64,000 bases of DNA from an uncultured Nitrososphaeria archaeon (GTDB taxonomy: Archaea; Thermoproteota; Nitrososphaeria; Geothermarchaeales; JDFR-13): positions 65,229 to 129,228 of the forward strand of contig CAYTHX010000003.1 of assembly GCA_964437705.1 (NCBI GenBank). The letters are read 5' to 3'. The notes beneath the pieces are model-generated. The model made no database searches. It was not told where the DNA came from and was given only the letters and a program-made list of their open reading frames with translations. Shown here in pieces: positions 19,106-28,600 of this stretch; the stretch's first letter is position 1, and each line of letters begins with the position of its first letter. A program made the position numbers and the translations under genes.

Positions 19106-19202
19106 GATTGCTATTGCGACCATTATAGTGTTTATTAAAACTCTCTTTATATGTGTTACTATCATTGTTAATAGTACTTTATCTATATAATTATTTTAAG
19201 GC

Positions 19203-19967
19203 TTAATCAGTTAATAAATCGAGATACATGCATAATTTCCTGAAAGCATTTTCTGATCCATCCTTATATTCTCTGATTAACTGTGCTAGTCCAGCAAAGC
19301 TCCTATTAATGAGATCTATATATCTTTTTCCGAGATCTGTTTTATAGAAGATATATTGAATAATTGTAGAGAGATTTCTTGGCTTTCTTGTTGTAGATGC
19401 TGACTCAAAATCTATTATTTTCACAGTATTATTTGGCTGAATAATAACATGCTTACCTTTCTTACCTAATTCCCCATGATCAATGCCTAAACTATCTAAC
19501 AACCTGCATTTATTGAGAAGATCGTAAATAACACGTTTGAATGACTTTACATCTTTTAAGTAGATATCGCTGTTTAAATAGTCAGCTATTGGAACTCCCT
19601 CTATGTACTCCTCAAGTATAAACCATGAAGAAAATTTTATAACTTTAGGCGCTATATTATAGGCCTCAAGTCTTTTTAATATCTCTGCCTCATTGTACAG
19701 AGACCTCCTGCTAGCATCTAACCTTAATACTTTTAACACATACACACTGTTTTCATATTTAACTTTTATTATAACAGCATTTGTACCTTTCCCTAAGATT
19801 TTACAGCCATTAATAGAAAGTTTACCCTCAAATAGTAGACAAGATACGCCAATATCTTGCAACTCCTTATATCTTTGAAGACCTATCTCCCAATCCTTTT
19901 TAGGATATGATAAAAACTTAACAACACATTCAATATAGCTTTTACTATAATTACCTTTATCACACAT
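19203..19967 (-). CDS. Atypical Ser/Thr protein kinase (RIO/Bud32-like).
   Basis: Glycine loop LGKGTNAVII with downstream VLKV lysine. HGEL catalytic loop. IDFE in place of DFG. Confidence 0.5.
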   Translation of the reverse strand: MCDKGNYSKSYIECVVKFLSYPKKDWEIGLQRYKELQDIGVSCLLFEGKLSINGCKILGKGTNAVIIKVKYENSVYVLKVLRLDASRRSLYNEAEILKRLEAYNIAPKVIKFSSWFILEEYIEGVPIADYLNSDIYLKDVKSFKRVIYDLLNKCRLLDSLGIDHGELGKKGKHVIIQPNNTVKIIDFESASTTRKPRNLSTIIQYIFYKTDLGKRYIDLINRSFAGLAQLIREYKDGSENAFRKLCMYLDLLTD

Positions 19968-21342
19968 AATCTACGTCTACCCAGAAATCATGTCTAAAGC
20001 CGAGGTCGTTAGCCCACAATTTAGTATCCTTGTCCACCCACAACTCCGAATCAGTCAGTATAGTGAACTCAGCATCTGATAACGCACTTGGTATTTTAAT
20101 CATTTTAAGGGTATTACTAACTACCTCAATAGCATTCACCCACTTTCTCCTCTCAAGAACTTTCCATCTACCATCCTCATCAATCCATATGTACTTATCA
20201 ATATTCTTTTTTATGAAAGCTATCTCGTCCTTAAAGAAAGGAAAAGGACCATTTCTAACATATATTTCTGGAAGCTTTAATGTTGGTAGTAGAAACGTAA
20301 TTAGGCTCTTAGATTTAAAGTCTGTGTAGATAATTGCTCTAAACACTTTAAATCCATTACTTTCTAGTTGCCTTCTAATTTTATTCATAACCTTCTCAAC
20401 TTGCGAGTATAGAATATCTGGAATAGAATATCCATGTTTAATTTTGATTGCTAAGATGTGAATTCCTTCTGGAATTCCTGTTTTTCTCCTATGTGGAGGA
20501 TATTGGAGATCAAAGAAAACCTTATTTGGATGGTTGAGTAGGATTTTACTAGCCGAGATAAACTTCATAAGTGACTTTGTGGACACAACTGCTGCAACAT
20601 TCCTTCCCTTATCAACAGGATCTATTACTATAAATGGAGACTTGAATAGTTTAATTGCATCAGTGTAGGGTTTCCTGTAAAAGCCTTCTATATCTATTAT
20701 TATTGGAGGTCTCCATCTCTCTGCAACCGCCTTTATCAAATTAACAAAACCATTGTAATTTAATATTAGTAATTCACATAGGTAGCCTGAAAAACCTTTC
20801 GTGTAAATTTCAGCCCCGTAAATACCGAGCTTCTTAAGAAAGGTCTTGAGAAAAACAACATCGTCACATAAATGCCTTCTATGCTTAAACTTTTCCTTAA
20901 TGTATAGCAAGTGATAATAGGTTCTATCTACAGGACTTTTCCAATTATTTTTCTCAACTTTGTAGGCCGGTACTACACTAAAGCGAAGATTATTGTAAAG
21001 TACCTCAATATATGGATGCTCAGCATACCTAATAATGATTCTATCCCTTCCAAAAAGTTCCTCGCCAAGCGACAAAATGACTGTCTTCAAATATTCTTTT
21101 GAGTAATCAGTCGATAACCTTATAAAAATATCTATATCACTCTGCCCCTTCACCATTGTTCTCTTTGCTAATGATCCCGCTATAATAACATCAGCACTTA
21201 TCCCTAATTTCTCCAGTAAGTAATCCTTAATTCTCTCTTTTACTTTACAAGCTTCTTTCTCAAGTTTTTCATACTCTTCCTCACTATACGTTAACTTTGG
21301 TTTTAATTCTTCAAGAATTTGATGAAGTTTTTCAACGCTCAA
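19960..21342 (-). CDS. cca: tRNA CCA-adding enzyme (archaeal class I nucleotidyltransferase).
   Basis: GSLAKRTMVKGQSDIDIFI pol-beta-like NT motif. ~460 aa, typical of archaeal CCA enzyme. Confidence 0.8.
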   Translation of the reverse strand: MSVEKLHQILEELKPKLTYSEEEYEKLEKEACKVKERIKDYLLEKLGISADVIIAGSLAKRTMVKGQSDIDIFIRLSTDYSKEYLKTVILSLGEELFGRDRIIIRYAEHPYIEVLYNNLRFSVVPAYKVEKNNWKSPVDRTYYHLLYIKEKFKHRRHLCDDVVFLKTFLKKLGIYGAEIYTKGFSGYLCELLILNYNGFVNLIKAVAERWRPPIIIDIEGFYRKPYTDAIKLFKSPFIVIDPVDKGRNVAAVVSTKSLMKFISASKILLNHPNKVFFDLQYPPHRRKTGIPEGIHILAIKIKHGYSIPDILYSQVEKVMNKIRRQLESNGFKVFRAIIYTDFKSKSLITFLLPTLKLPEIYVRNGPFPFFKDEIAFIKKNIDKYIWIDEDGRWKVLERRKWVNAIEVVSNTLKMIKIPSALSDAEFTILTDSELWVDKDTKLWANDLGFRHDFWVDVDYV

Positions 21343-21354
21343 TAGTAATCACCA

Positions 21355-21906
21355 TCAAGTTAATTTCACGACATGAAGGTCCTCATATATAGCTCCTCTA
21401 GGTGTTAAAGTACTTTTCTTTAACTTTACACTATCAATAACAATAGTTTCTTCAAATTGCATTCCTAGTAACTTGTTATATACTTGGTTCGGCAATCTGG
21501 AAAATGACTTTACTCTAGCTACTGTTATGTGAGGTTTGAATTCCCTTCTTTCTGCAGGAAAGTTTAGCAATAACATTAGGTTCTCAACTTTTTTATGTAG
21601 TATTTTTAGCGAGAGACAATCTTTAACATCTATGAAAATAACTCTAGGTCTTCCTAAGTTAGGAAAACCGTTCACTCCAGAGGCTACTATTTTAAACTTT
21701 TCATGGGAAATCTTACTTAAGGCGTTCTTAACTTTTTCAACCTTAACCTCTGTTATTTCACCTAGGAATTTTAATGTGATATGTAATGAGTCCGGATCCT
21801 GAAAGCTTGCTCTGACATTATACTCCTGCAATATGCTTCTAATATTTTGCGCTACAGCTTTTAACTTATTAGACGATGTCTCAATCGCTATAAAACACCG
21901 AATCAT
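21355..21906 (-). CDS. 2H phosphoesterase (RNA 2',3'-cyclic phosphodiesterase ThpR/LigT-like).
   Basis: Two H-x-T motifs: HITLKFLGE and HITVARV. Confidence 0.75.
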   Translation of the reverse strand: MIRCFIAIETSSNKLKAVAQNIRSILQEYNVRASFQDPDSLHITLKFLGEITEVKVEKVKNALSKISHEKFKIVASGVNGFPNLGRPRVIFIDVKDCLSLKILHKKVENLMLLLNFPAERREFKPHITVARVKSFSRLPNQVYNKLLGMQFEETIVIDSVKLKKSTLTPRGAIYEDLHVVKLT

Positions 21907-22151
21907 AGCACTACAAATATCATAAAAATAATCTACTTCTATAAAGAGATTTGCAATAATTAAACTTACTGATTTTTTGAACTAGAGCCTTGCAATAAAC
22001 CAGTAGTTAATTTCTTACTTAGAAGGGGAATGAAGCAAGCACTAAAAATTTCTAGAAGTATTTACTTTAGGGTATCCTTATGGAGAAACCACATGTCAAG
22101 TAAAGAAAATATTAAAGTAATATAACCCTTTGTGGTATACTGATTCTTTTT

Positions 22152-22718
22152 GTGAAGGTATTGATTTGTTTATGTGGATTACCAGGGTCAGGAAAAAGTT
22201 TAATATCTAAAGCTGGAGAAGAGCTTAATATTCCAGTAATAGTAATGGGAGACTATGTAAGAAAGGAAGCTAAAAAGAGATATGGCGTTATAAATTCAGA
22301 AACTACGCGAAAGACAATGATAGAGTTGCGTGAAGAACTTGGCCCTGAGGCAGTAGCTAAATTGATGGCCGAGGATGTAAAGAAGCTTGATAGCAAAGTT
22401 GTTATAATTGATGGAGTTCGAAGCATATATGAAATTAATTTTCTACGGCAGGAGGGATATAGAGTTATTGTGATATTTGTATACGCTTCTACAAAAAAAC
22501 GGTTTGGTAGAATAGTTGGTAGAGGACGCATAGATGATACTAGAGATTTATCAGATTTCTTTGAGAGAGAAATTAAGGAAGTTAAGGTAGGTCTAAAAGA
22601 TGCTTTATGCCTCGCTGACTATGTATTTGTTAATGAGGAGCTTAGTAAAGAGGAGGCTCTAAGTATGTTTAAGAAACTAATTAATGAAATAATGCATTTA
22701 GAGGGGATTAAATTATGA
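22152..22718 (+). CDS. P-loop nucleotide kinase-like protein (UPF0200 family).
   Basis: CGLPGSGKS Walker A. ~190 aa. Confidence 0.55.
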   Translation: MKVLICLCGLPGSGKSLISKAGEELNIPVIVMGDYVRKEAKKRYGVINSETTRKTMIELREELGPEAVAKLMAEDVKKLDSKVVIIDGVRSIYEINFLRQEGYRVIVIFVYASTKKRFGRIVGRGRIDDTRDLSDFFEREIKEVKVGLKDALCLADYVFVNEELSKEEALSMFKKLINEIMHLEGIKL

Positions 22719-23167
22719 AAAAGGATAAAAAGATCATAGATAAGATAAAGTATGACTATGAGATTTTAAATTTACTTGATAAGGCAGGTATAGAGGCTTA
22801 TACCTATGTGTACCCGTGTGAGGCTTTAGACAAAGTAGTTAAGGCGCTACTTAATGTGGTAGATGGACAACCAGAAGTTATTGAAAGGGATAAATTTATA
22901 AAAATAGTAAGGGTAAGGGCACAAGGCCAGGAACCTATATTTAAAATATTTAATCAATTTAGGAATAGGAAAGTATTAGCTACCGTACGGAAACACCTAC
23001 TTAAATACCTGGGCGATAACGAAATAACGCTGTACTTACATAAACAGTCGGCATTTGCAGGTGTATGTTCACTATGCGATGTAGGAGAATCCCCGCTAGG
23101 AGAAATTGTTGTTAAGATACGTGTAGATAATCCTAGAGACGTAATTTATTGGTTAACGAGATTTTAA
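22715..23167 (+). CDS. Conserved hypothetical protein (UPF0201-like), overlapping the upstream gene by 4 nt.
   Basis: ORF and operon context with the UPF0200 gene. Confidence 0.35.
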   Translation: MKKDKKIIDKIKYDYEILNLLDKAGIEAYTYVYPCEALDKVVKALLNVVDGQPEVIERDKFIKIVRVRAQGQEPIFKIFNQFRNRKVLATVRKHLLKYLGDNEITLYLHKQSAFAGVCSLCDVGESPLGEIVVKIRVDNPRDVIYWLTRF

Positions 23168-23169
23168 AT

Positions 23170-24096
23170 CTACTTAATCAATACCCTCCTGGATACTGGA
23201 ATTTCAATTTTCATAAAGTCCTCCGCGACAAAGGTTGCTGGAAACACCTCTCTAGCTTCTGCTAGAAGCTTCCTGGGATCTTCGTATCTAGCACTGAAAT
23301 GTGTCAGGACCAAGATCTTTACATTCGCTTTTTTCGCTATCAATGCAGCTTCTTTTGCCGTAGAGTGTAAAGTTTCGATACATCTATCCTTTTTATCCTC
23401 GGTAAACGTAGCTTCATGTATTAAAACATCAGCATCTTTCGCAAAATCAATAAGCCTATTATAAGGCCTTGTGTCCCCCGAAAAAACAATTTTTCTTCCC
23501 CTAAGTGGCGGACTTACATAAAGCTCATGCCGAAAAACTTTATCTCCAATAACAACATCTTTGCCAGATTTTAGGTCTTTCCAATATTTAACTGGAATTC
23601 CATCTTCAAGTGCTTTTTTAGGATTAAATTTTCCTTCTCTTGGCTTCTCCTCTATCATGAGAGAATAGCTATACCTACCATGTATATTTTTAATTGACTT
23701 GAGTACATAGCTACCACAATCGTAGACTCTATTATCTGCTAAATAGTTAATTTTTAGCTTAAATGTCGGCTTTATATTGAGGAGGTTCGCGTTACACAAT
23801 ATAAAACTCTTGATACCATATGGAGCATATATTTCTAACGGCTCTTTTCGTTTTAATAATGTAAGAGTCTGCAATATGGGGATTAATCCTAACACGTGAT
23901 CACCATGTAAATGGCTAATGACAATCCGCATTTTCCTTCTAAGGCCAACACCAGCTATATTTGCCTGTCTCTGTGTACCCTCCCCGACATCGATAAATAT
24001 AAGCTCATCACCATACTTGACAACGATACTAGAGACGTTTCTTCTTTTCGTCGGTATCCCTGCTGATGTACCTAAGAAGATAATTTCCATGTTCAA
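23170..24096 (-). CDS. rnz: Ribonuclease Z (tRNA 3' endonuclease).
   Basis: Metallo-beta-lactamase HLHGDH motif. FLGTSAGIP N-terminus. Confidence 0.85.
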   Translation of the reverse strand: MNMEIIFLGTSAGIPTKRRNVSSIVVKYGDELIFIDVGEGTQRQANIAGVGLRRKMRIVISHLHGDHVLGLIPILQTLTLLKRKEPLEIYAPYGIKSFILCNANLLNIKPTFKLKINYLADNRVYDCGSYVLKSIKNIHGRYSYSLMIEEKPREGKFNPKKALEDGIPVKYWKDLKSGKDVVIGDKVFRHELYVSPPLRGRKIVFSGDTRPYNRLIDFAKDADVLIHEATFTEDKKDRCIETLHSTAKEAALIAKKANVKILVLTHFSARYEDPRKLLAEAREVFPATFVAEDFMKIEIPVSRRVLIK

Positions 24097-24097
24097 A

Positions 24098-25138
24098 TTA
24101 CATTCGCCTCCATATATTAATAATCCTCGTTAAGGAACCGTGAACTGGGATGATATGCTTCTCTAACTCTTTATATAAATAGTCATTTCTCGATTTAACT
24201 TTTAGACCACTTGGAGAGATAAACACTAGAGTACTATTTTTGCTTAGTATTTTATAGAAGGATGATAAAAATTTTTCATAAATTGTTGTTGCTGTTCTAC
24301 CATGCGTAGATGTTATTCTACCATAAGGCGGGTCTGTAACTATACAAGCAACCTTCCTTAAAGGTGGGTTACAAGCATCCCCAATTATTAAGTGAGAATA
24401 CGTAATATTGCTATCAATCCACGCTAAATTTTGCTTTGCTCCAAAAATCCATTTTCTCTCTATATCAATGCCTATATTTTCATATTGAAGAAGAGAAGCC
24501 TCAATGAGAACACCACCAACGCCACAGAATGGATCTACTATTATCTTCGATTGATCACCTCCTAATCTTGATAAATTAACTAAAAGACGTGCTAGTTTTG
24601 GATGTAAACTTGAAGGTGAAAAAACCGGTCTCTTACTAGGCGTTCTATGAACAAAATCTTTTTTATCCTTATATATCATCTTCGTGAAAAATAGCAAGTT
24701 ATCTGTGACAAATATTGCCAGTATATCCTTTGTATACTGATTACGTTCATATAACGGTATATTAGAATTTAAAACACTCACTAGTTTCTCTGAGAATATG
24801 TTATCTTTAGCAAAATTATATATCCTGAAACTTTTAATACAATATCTATCAACAAGCTCTTTAGCAGCTTGCAGTAGATCGCTTTGGTAACTTTCATCCA
24901 TATGTGTTATATGAAACTTTTTAACAATGAGATACACGGTTTTTAATGTTGCACTCTCCTTAACAATTTTCTTAATATCTTCTTCAGAGATATTTGTACG
25001 TACATAATAAAACTTTCCATATCTACGTATGGGAAATACTCTATCCCTACTACTTGAATACTTCAAAACTAGAGATCTAAACTCAGTCAGTGAAAGAGAT
25101 GGATAGTCTAAAGAAACTCGTATAAGATACTCGTTCAT
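24098..25138 (-). CDS. THUMP-domain tRNA (guanine-N2) methyltransferase, Trm11/TrmG10-like.
   Basis: DPFCGVGGVLIEA SAM motif and DPPYG motif. N-terminal THUMP-like region. Confidence 0.7.
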   Translation of the reverse strand: MNEYLIRVSLDYPSLSLTEFRSLVLKYSSSRDRVFPIRRYGKFYYVRTNISEEDIKKIVKESATLKTVYLIVKKFHITHMDESYQSDLLQAAKELVDRYCIKSFRIYNFAKDNIFSEKLVSVLNSNIPLYERNQYTKDILAIFVTDNLLFFTKMIYKDKKDFVHRTPSKRPVFSPSSLHPKLARLLVNLSRLGGDQSKIIVDPFCGVGGVLIEASLLQYENIGIDIERKWIFGAKQNLAWIDSNITYSHLIIGDACNPPLRKVACIVTDPPYGRITSTHGRTATTIYEKFLSSFYKILSKNSTLVFISPSGLKVKSRNDYLYKELEKHIIPVHGSLTRIINIWRRM

Positions 25139-26043
25139 GATTCTTCTTCTAGTAATAATCTCCTAATGTACGGCTCTATTTTCACTTTACCATACTTATT
25201 TCTCACAGTATTACTGCCTACAATCTCTGTAGCTCCAGAATCCAGTATCTTTTTATCAGCATTATTAATTAAGAGAAGATGAGTGGCTGCAACGTAGATA
25301 TCACCTACACCAGCATTCTCCCTAATAAAGGAAATTGCTTTCACCATTGTTCCGCCTGTGGATATTTCGTCGTCTAGGAGTATTACAGACCTATTATCGA
25401 GTGAAATCTCCTTGCCAAATCCCTTAATCTCTATTGACCCTGTATATCGATCTCTCTCCTTGATTAAATATGTAGACTCTATACCTATTTCACTCGCTAT
25501 TTTTGAAATATTTCTCCAGCGACCTTCATCAGGAGATATTAGAACTACGTCATACCCGGTATAATTGTTAATTATGTACTTAACAAGAGATGAACCTAAC
25601 TGAATATTGATAAATTTGATTTTGCTATATTTTGGAATCACATCTGGGTTATGCACATCAAATGCTACTAGAGTGTTAACACCTAGATGGTAGAGTATAT
25701 CTAATAGAAGCTTTAAAGATATACATTCGCCTTTTAGAAAACGCTTATCTTGTCTAGAGTATGATAAGTATGGCATAATGAGGGTTATATTCTCTCCACC
25801 ATGTTCAGAAAGAATATCAATCAGTTGAAACAGAGCAAATATTCTATTATTTGTTTCAGGAAATGTAGGAAAAAATGGGGCTACTTTCCGGCCACGTATT
25901 TTTTCAACCTCCGGTACTCTTACGAGTAATTCTCCATTTGGAAAATACCGTATATTTGCAACAACTTTCTCTAGGTTTGTACCCTCAACTATATCCTCTA
26001 AGTACTCTACATAGCCTTCATCCGCAATTACTAATTTACACAT
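25135..26043 (-). CDS. prs: Ribose-phosphate pyrophosphokinase (PRPP synthetase).
   Basis: PRTase motif ILLDDEISTGGT. ~300 aa. Confidence 0.75.
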   Translation of the reverse strand: MCKLVIADEGYVEYLEDIVEGTNLEKVVANIRYFPNGELLVRVPEVEKIRGRKVAPFFPTFPETNNRIFALFQLIDILSEHGGENITLIMPYLSYSRQDKRFLKGECISLKLLLDILYHLGVNTLVAFDVHNPDVIPKYSKIKFINIQLGSSLVKYIINNYTGYDVVLISPDEGRWRNISKIASEIGIESTYLIKERDRYTGSIEIKGFGKEISLDNRSVILLDDEISTGGTMVKAISFIRENAGVGDIYVAATHLLLINNADKKILDSGATEIVGSNTVRNKYGKVKIEPYIRRLLLEEES

Positions 26044-26111
26044 TCTTACACCTAGTTAGGAATATAGCCTCCAGAAATATCTAAATTTTACTCTACACGA
26101 TATAATTGTAG

Positions 26112-26576
26112 ATGAAAAAGAGAAAAAGCTCAAAAAATAGCGATATATGCTTAGATCCCATATATAAAGGAATCCTTTATTACATATATGAGGAGAAGCG
26201 AGTTTCACCTGATGAGATAGCATCCCTATATGGATTTACGAGACAAGCAGCAGATTATAGGCTAAGAAAGCTAGTTAGTAATAATCTAGTTAAAAAGGAA
26301 TATGTAAAAGGTAAGGTATATTATTCACTTACTGATAAGGCTCTAGGAATAATTTATGAGAAAAATAGCAAATTTTTATTGACAAAGGATACAGTCAGTA
26401 TAATTAGAAAAATAGCGCTCCTTCCAATTGCTATTGGAGTTATAGGTTTAGGTAGGTATATTGCTTTAGGAGAAACATACCGTGGTATGATAACGTTATT
26501 TTTATGGTTAATTATAGCGGTAATACTTCAACTTATAATATCTGCGATAGAAAATAAATACATTAGAGGGAAATAA
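26112..26576 (+). CDS. wHTH-type putative transcription regulator with C-terminal TM helices.
   Basis: N-terminal HTH-like ILYYIYEEKRVSPDEIASLYGFTRQAADYRLRKL. Hydrophobic C-terminus. Confidence 0.4.
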   Translation: MKKRKSSKNSDICLDPIYKGILYYIYEEKRVSPDEIASLYGFTRQAADYRLRKLVSNNLVKKEYVKGKVYYSLTDKALGIIYEKNSKFLLTKDTVSIIRKIALLPIAIGVIGLGRYIALGETYRGMITLFLWLIIAVILQLIISAIENKYIRGK

Positions 26577-26615
26577 CCAAAAACCTGTATGACGATGACT
26601 CTAATGTTATTAGCG

Positions 26616-27221
26616 CTATTTGACTAAATACTTAGAGACTTGCTCAACAATTTTATTTGATACAAGAATCGTTAATAGTCCATGTATGATATTGAAAATT
26701 CCTGTAAGGATTAATGTAACTATTAAAGCATATGATACGTTCATGGAATATCCAAAATATGGTTTTAGTATGGATGGCAGTACTTGCAGAAGATCTGGTA
26801 GTAAAATTAGGAATATCAGTAAATTGTAGAATGTCATAATTATTGTTCTCATACTTATAGCGCTTAAGGTAGTACTTATGTTTACTATATGAGGATTGCC
26901 TTTGGACTTTGCAACCATACTGTAAATCTTTAACCCGAGCATCATAGAAACTACAGCTAAAAACTTCGCAGAAGGGCCTATTATTGGGAAATCTGAGGTT
27001 AAGTTTAGTATAACCATATGTATTAGTGCAGTGAGCACACCAATGTAAAAACCACCAATATAATAGGCCATCATATCTGGTATCTCTGCAAAATCGAATT
27101 TTAACCATATAAGAATAGGCATAGGAATTTCAATGTGTAACAGCGATATGGCTGCAGCTAGTGAAGAGAATACTGCGCATAGAGATATTTTTAAAGCTAG
27201 ACTTAACTTCATTTTTAACAT
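26616..27221 (-). CDS. Small polytopic membrane protein, possibly an ECF-transporter S component.
   Basis: About 6 TM helices over ~200 aa. The family assignment is tentative. Confidence 0.35.
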   Translation of the reverse strand: MLKMKLSLALKISLCAVFSSLAAAISLLHIEIPMPILIWLKFDFAEIPDMMAYYIGGFYIGVLTALIHMVILNLTSDFPIIGPSAKFLAVVSMMLGLKIYSMVAKSKGNPHIVNISTTLSAISMRTIIMTFYNLLIFLILLPDLLQVLPSILKPYFGYSMNVSYALIVTLILTGIFNIIHGLLTILVSNKIVEQVSKYLVK

Positions 27222-27347
27222 TTCTTTTTCAGTATGTCCCTTTAGAAGTAGGGTATAGATATAGTTTACTACTCAAAAATGGGAAAACACTTGAAAACTT
27301 TGAAATATGATCTTATATACCTACAGCTGAAAAGATTATTTTGAATT

Positions 27348-28118
27348 ATGAAGGCATGGATCATTACAATTGGAAATGAAGTATTAATTGGTAAGGTCAT
27401 CAACACTAATGCTGCATGGCTTGCTAGAAAGCTAACAAATTTAGGTATAGAGATAAAGAGGATCGTTGTAGTACCAGATAATATGGATGAAATCGTAAAG
27501 ATGTTTCAGGAGGCAATTTCAAATGCTGACATAATAATATCAACTGGTGGGTTAGGACCTACATTTGATGATATGACGAATTTTGCCTTAGCTAAAGCCT
27601 TAGGAAGAGAAGTAGAAATTAATAAAGAGGCATTTGAAGAAATTAAGAAAAAATATGAGAAAGCGGGATTGCCATTAACAGAAGAGAGAGTCAAGATGAG
27701 TAAAATGCCCAAGGGTGCTGTTAGTTTACATAATCCTGTTGGTACAGCTCCGGGAATTATGGTAAGATACGATGATAAGCTTATTATTGCACTTCCTGGT
27801 GTACCTAGAGAAATGGAGGCTATATTTGAAGAGTCGATAGAGAAAATTCTTTTAAATAAATCAAAGAAAAGGTTGATAGAAAAAAGTATGGTTATAAGGG
27901 GAGTTCCAGAGTCATCTTTAGCTCCAATAATATCGGAAGCTATGAAACGTTATTTTCCACTATATATTAAGAGTCACCCGAGGGGGGAGGAGTTAAAGTC
28001 ATCAGTTATAGAGGTGCATATATCTGGAATGAATGGCGATGAATTATCTAAAAAGATTGAAGAAGTAATAAGATTTATAACCGAGAAGGTTTCCAAAATA
28101 GGTGGGAAAATAAATTAA
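27348..28118 (+). CDS. CinA-like molybdopterin-binding (MoCF biosynthesis) domain protein.
   Basis: N-terminus AWIITIGNEVLIGKVINTNAAWLARKL and GGLGPTFDD motif. Confidence 0.6.
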   Translation: MKAWIITIGNEVLIGKVINTNAAWLARKLTNLGIEIKRIVVVPDNMDEIVKMFQEAISNADIIISTGGLGPTFDDMTNFALAKALGREVEINKEAFEEIKKKYEKAGLPLTEERVKMSKMPKGAVSLHNPVGTAPGIMVRYDDKLIIALPGVPREMEAIFEESIEKILLNKSKKRLIEKSMVIRGVPESSLAPIISEAMKRYFPLYIKSHPRGEELKSSVIEVHISGMNGDELSKKIEEVIRFITEKVSKIGGKIN

Positions 28119-28154
28119 TTAAAATACTTTAAAACTATTTTATGGATGAATTCC

Positions 28155-28260
28155 GCGGGGGTTCCCCTAGCCTGGTCAACGGGGGCGGACTAAAAAAGGG
28201 CCCAAACTGAGGATCCGCTGGCGTAGGCCTTCGTGGGTTCAAATCCCACCCCCCGCACCA
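28155..28260 (+). tRNA. tRNA-Leu (probable anticodon GAG) with a 17-nt insertion in the anticodon-loop region. CCA is encoded.
   Basis: GCGGGGGTT...AGCCTGGTCAA D-region typical of archaeal tRNA-Leu. Anticodon stem GCGGA/TCCGC. Loop CT[AAAAAAGGGCCCAAACT]GAGGA. Variable arm GGC-GTAG-GCC. T-arm GTGGG-TTCAAAT-CCCAC. Discriminator A then CCA. Confidence 0.8.
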
Positions 28261-28395
28261 ATTTCTAATTTTAATACATCTAAAATTCTGTATGTCCTTC
28301 TATCTTAGAAATTAGAAATAAGAAAACCTCTGATAACCACATTTATCTGGAAATTTCTAATAATTTTCCATGATAACTGGAGTGATGAATAATGA

Positions 28396-28497
28396 TGGTG
28401 GACCGGGTGGGAATCGAACCCACGACCCCCCGCATGCCAAGCGGGTGTTTTAGGGTTGGGGCCATCCCCAACCTCTCTACCGCTGAGCTACCGGCCC
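28396..28497 (-). tRNA. tRNA-Ala (GGC) with a 27-nt intron at the D-stem/position-26 boundary. CCA is encoded.
   Basis: Acceptor GGGCCGG/CCGGTCC carrying the G3:U70 Ala identity pair. Contiguous anticodon arm CCCGC-TTGGCAT-GCGGG. T-arm GTGGG-TTCGATT-CCCAC. D-stem GCTC...GAG|C split by AGGTTGGGGATGGCCCCAACCCTAAAA. Confidence 0.8.
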
Positions 28498-28600
28498 ACT
28501 AAATTACTTCCCTTAATCCATTATAGTATTTTACTACACTTACCTTTATATATTCTTATCATATCCTTTCATATCCTTGTCCTTTCAAGTAGTTCAACTT

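Noticed and set aside
17212-19200. Calling an oriC with ORB elements next to cdc6
   Set aside because: I could not find convincing ORB dyad repeats by eye in the flanking spacers. Only the expectation and a promoter inverted repeat are reported.
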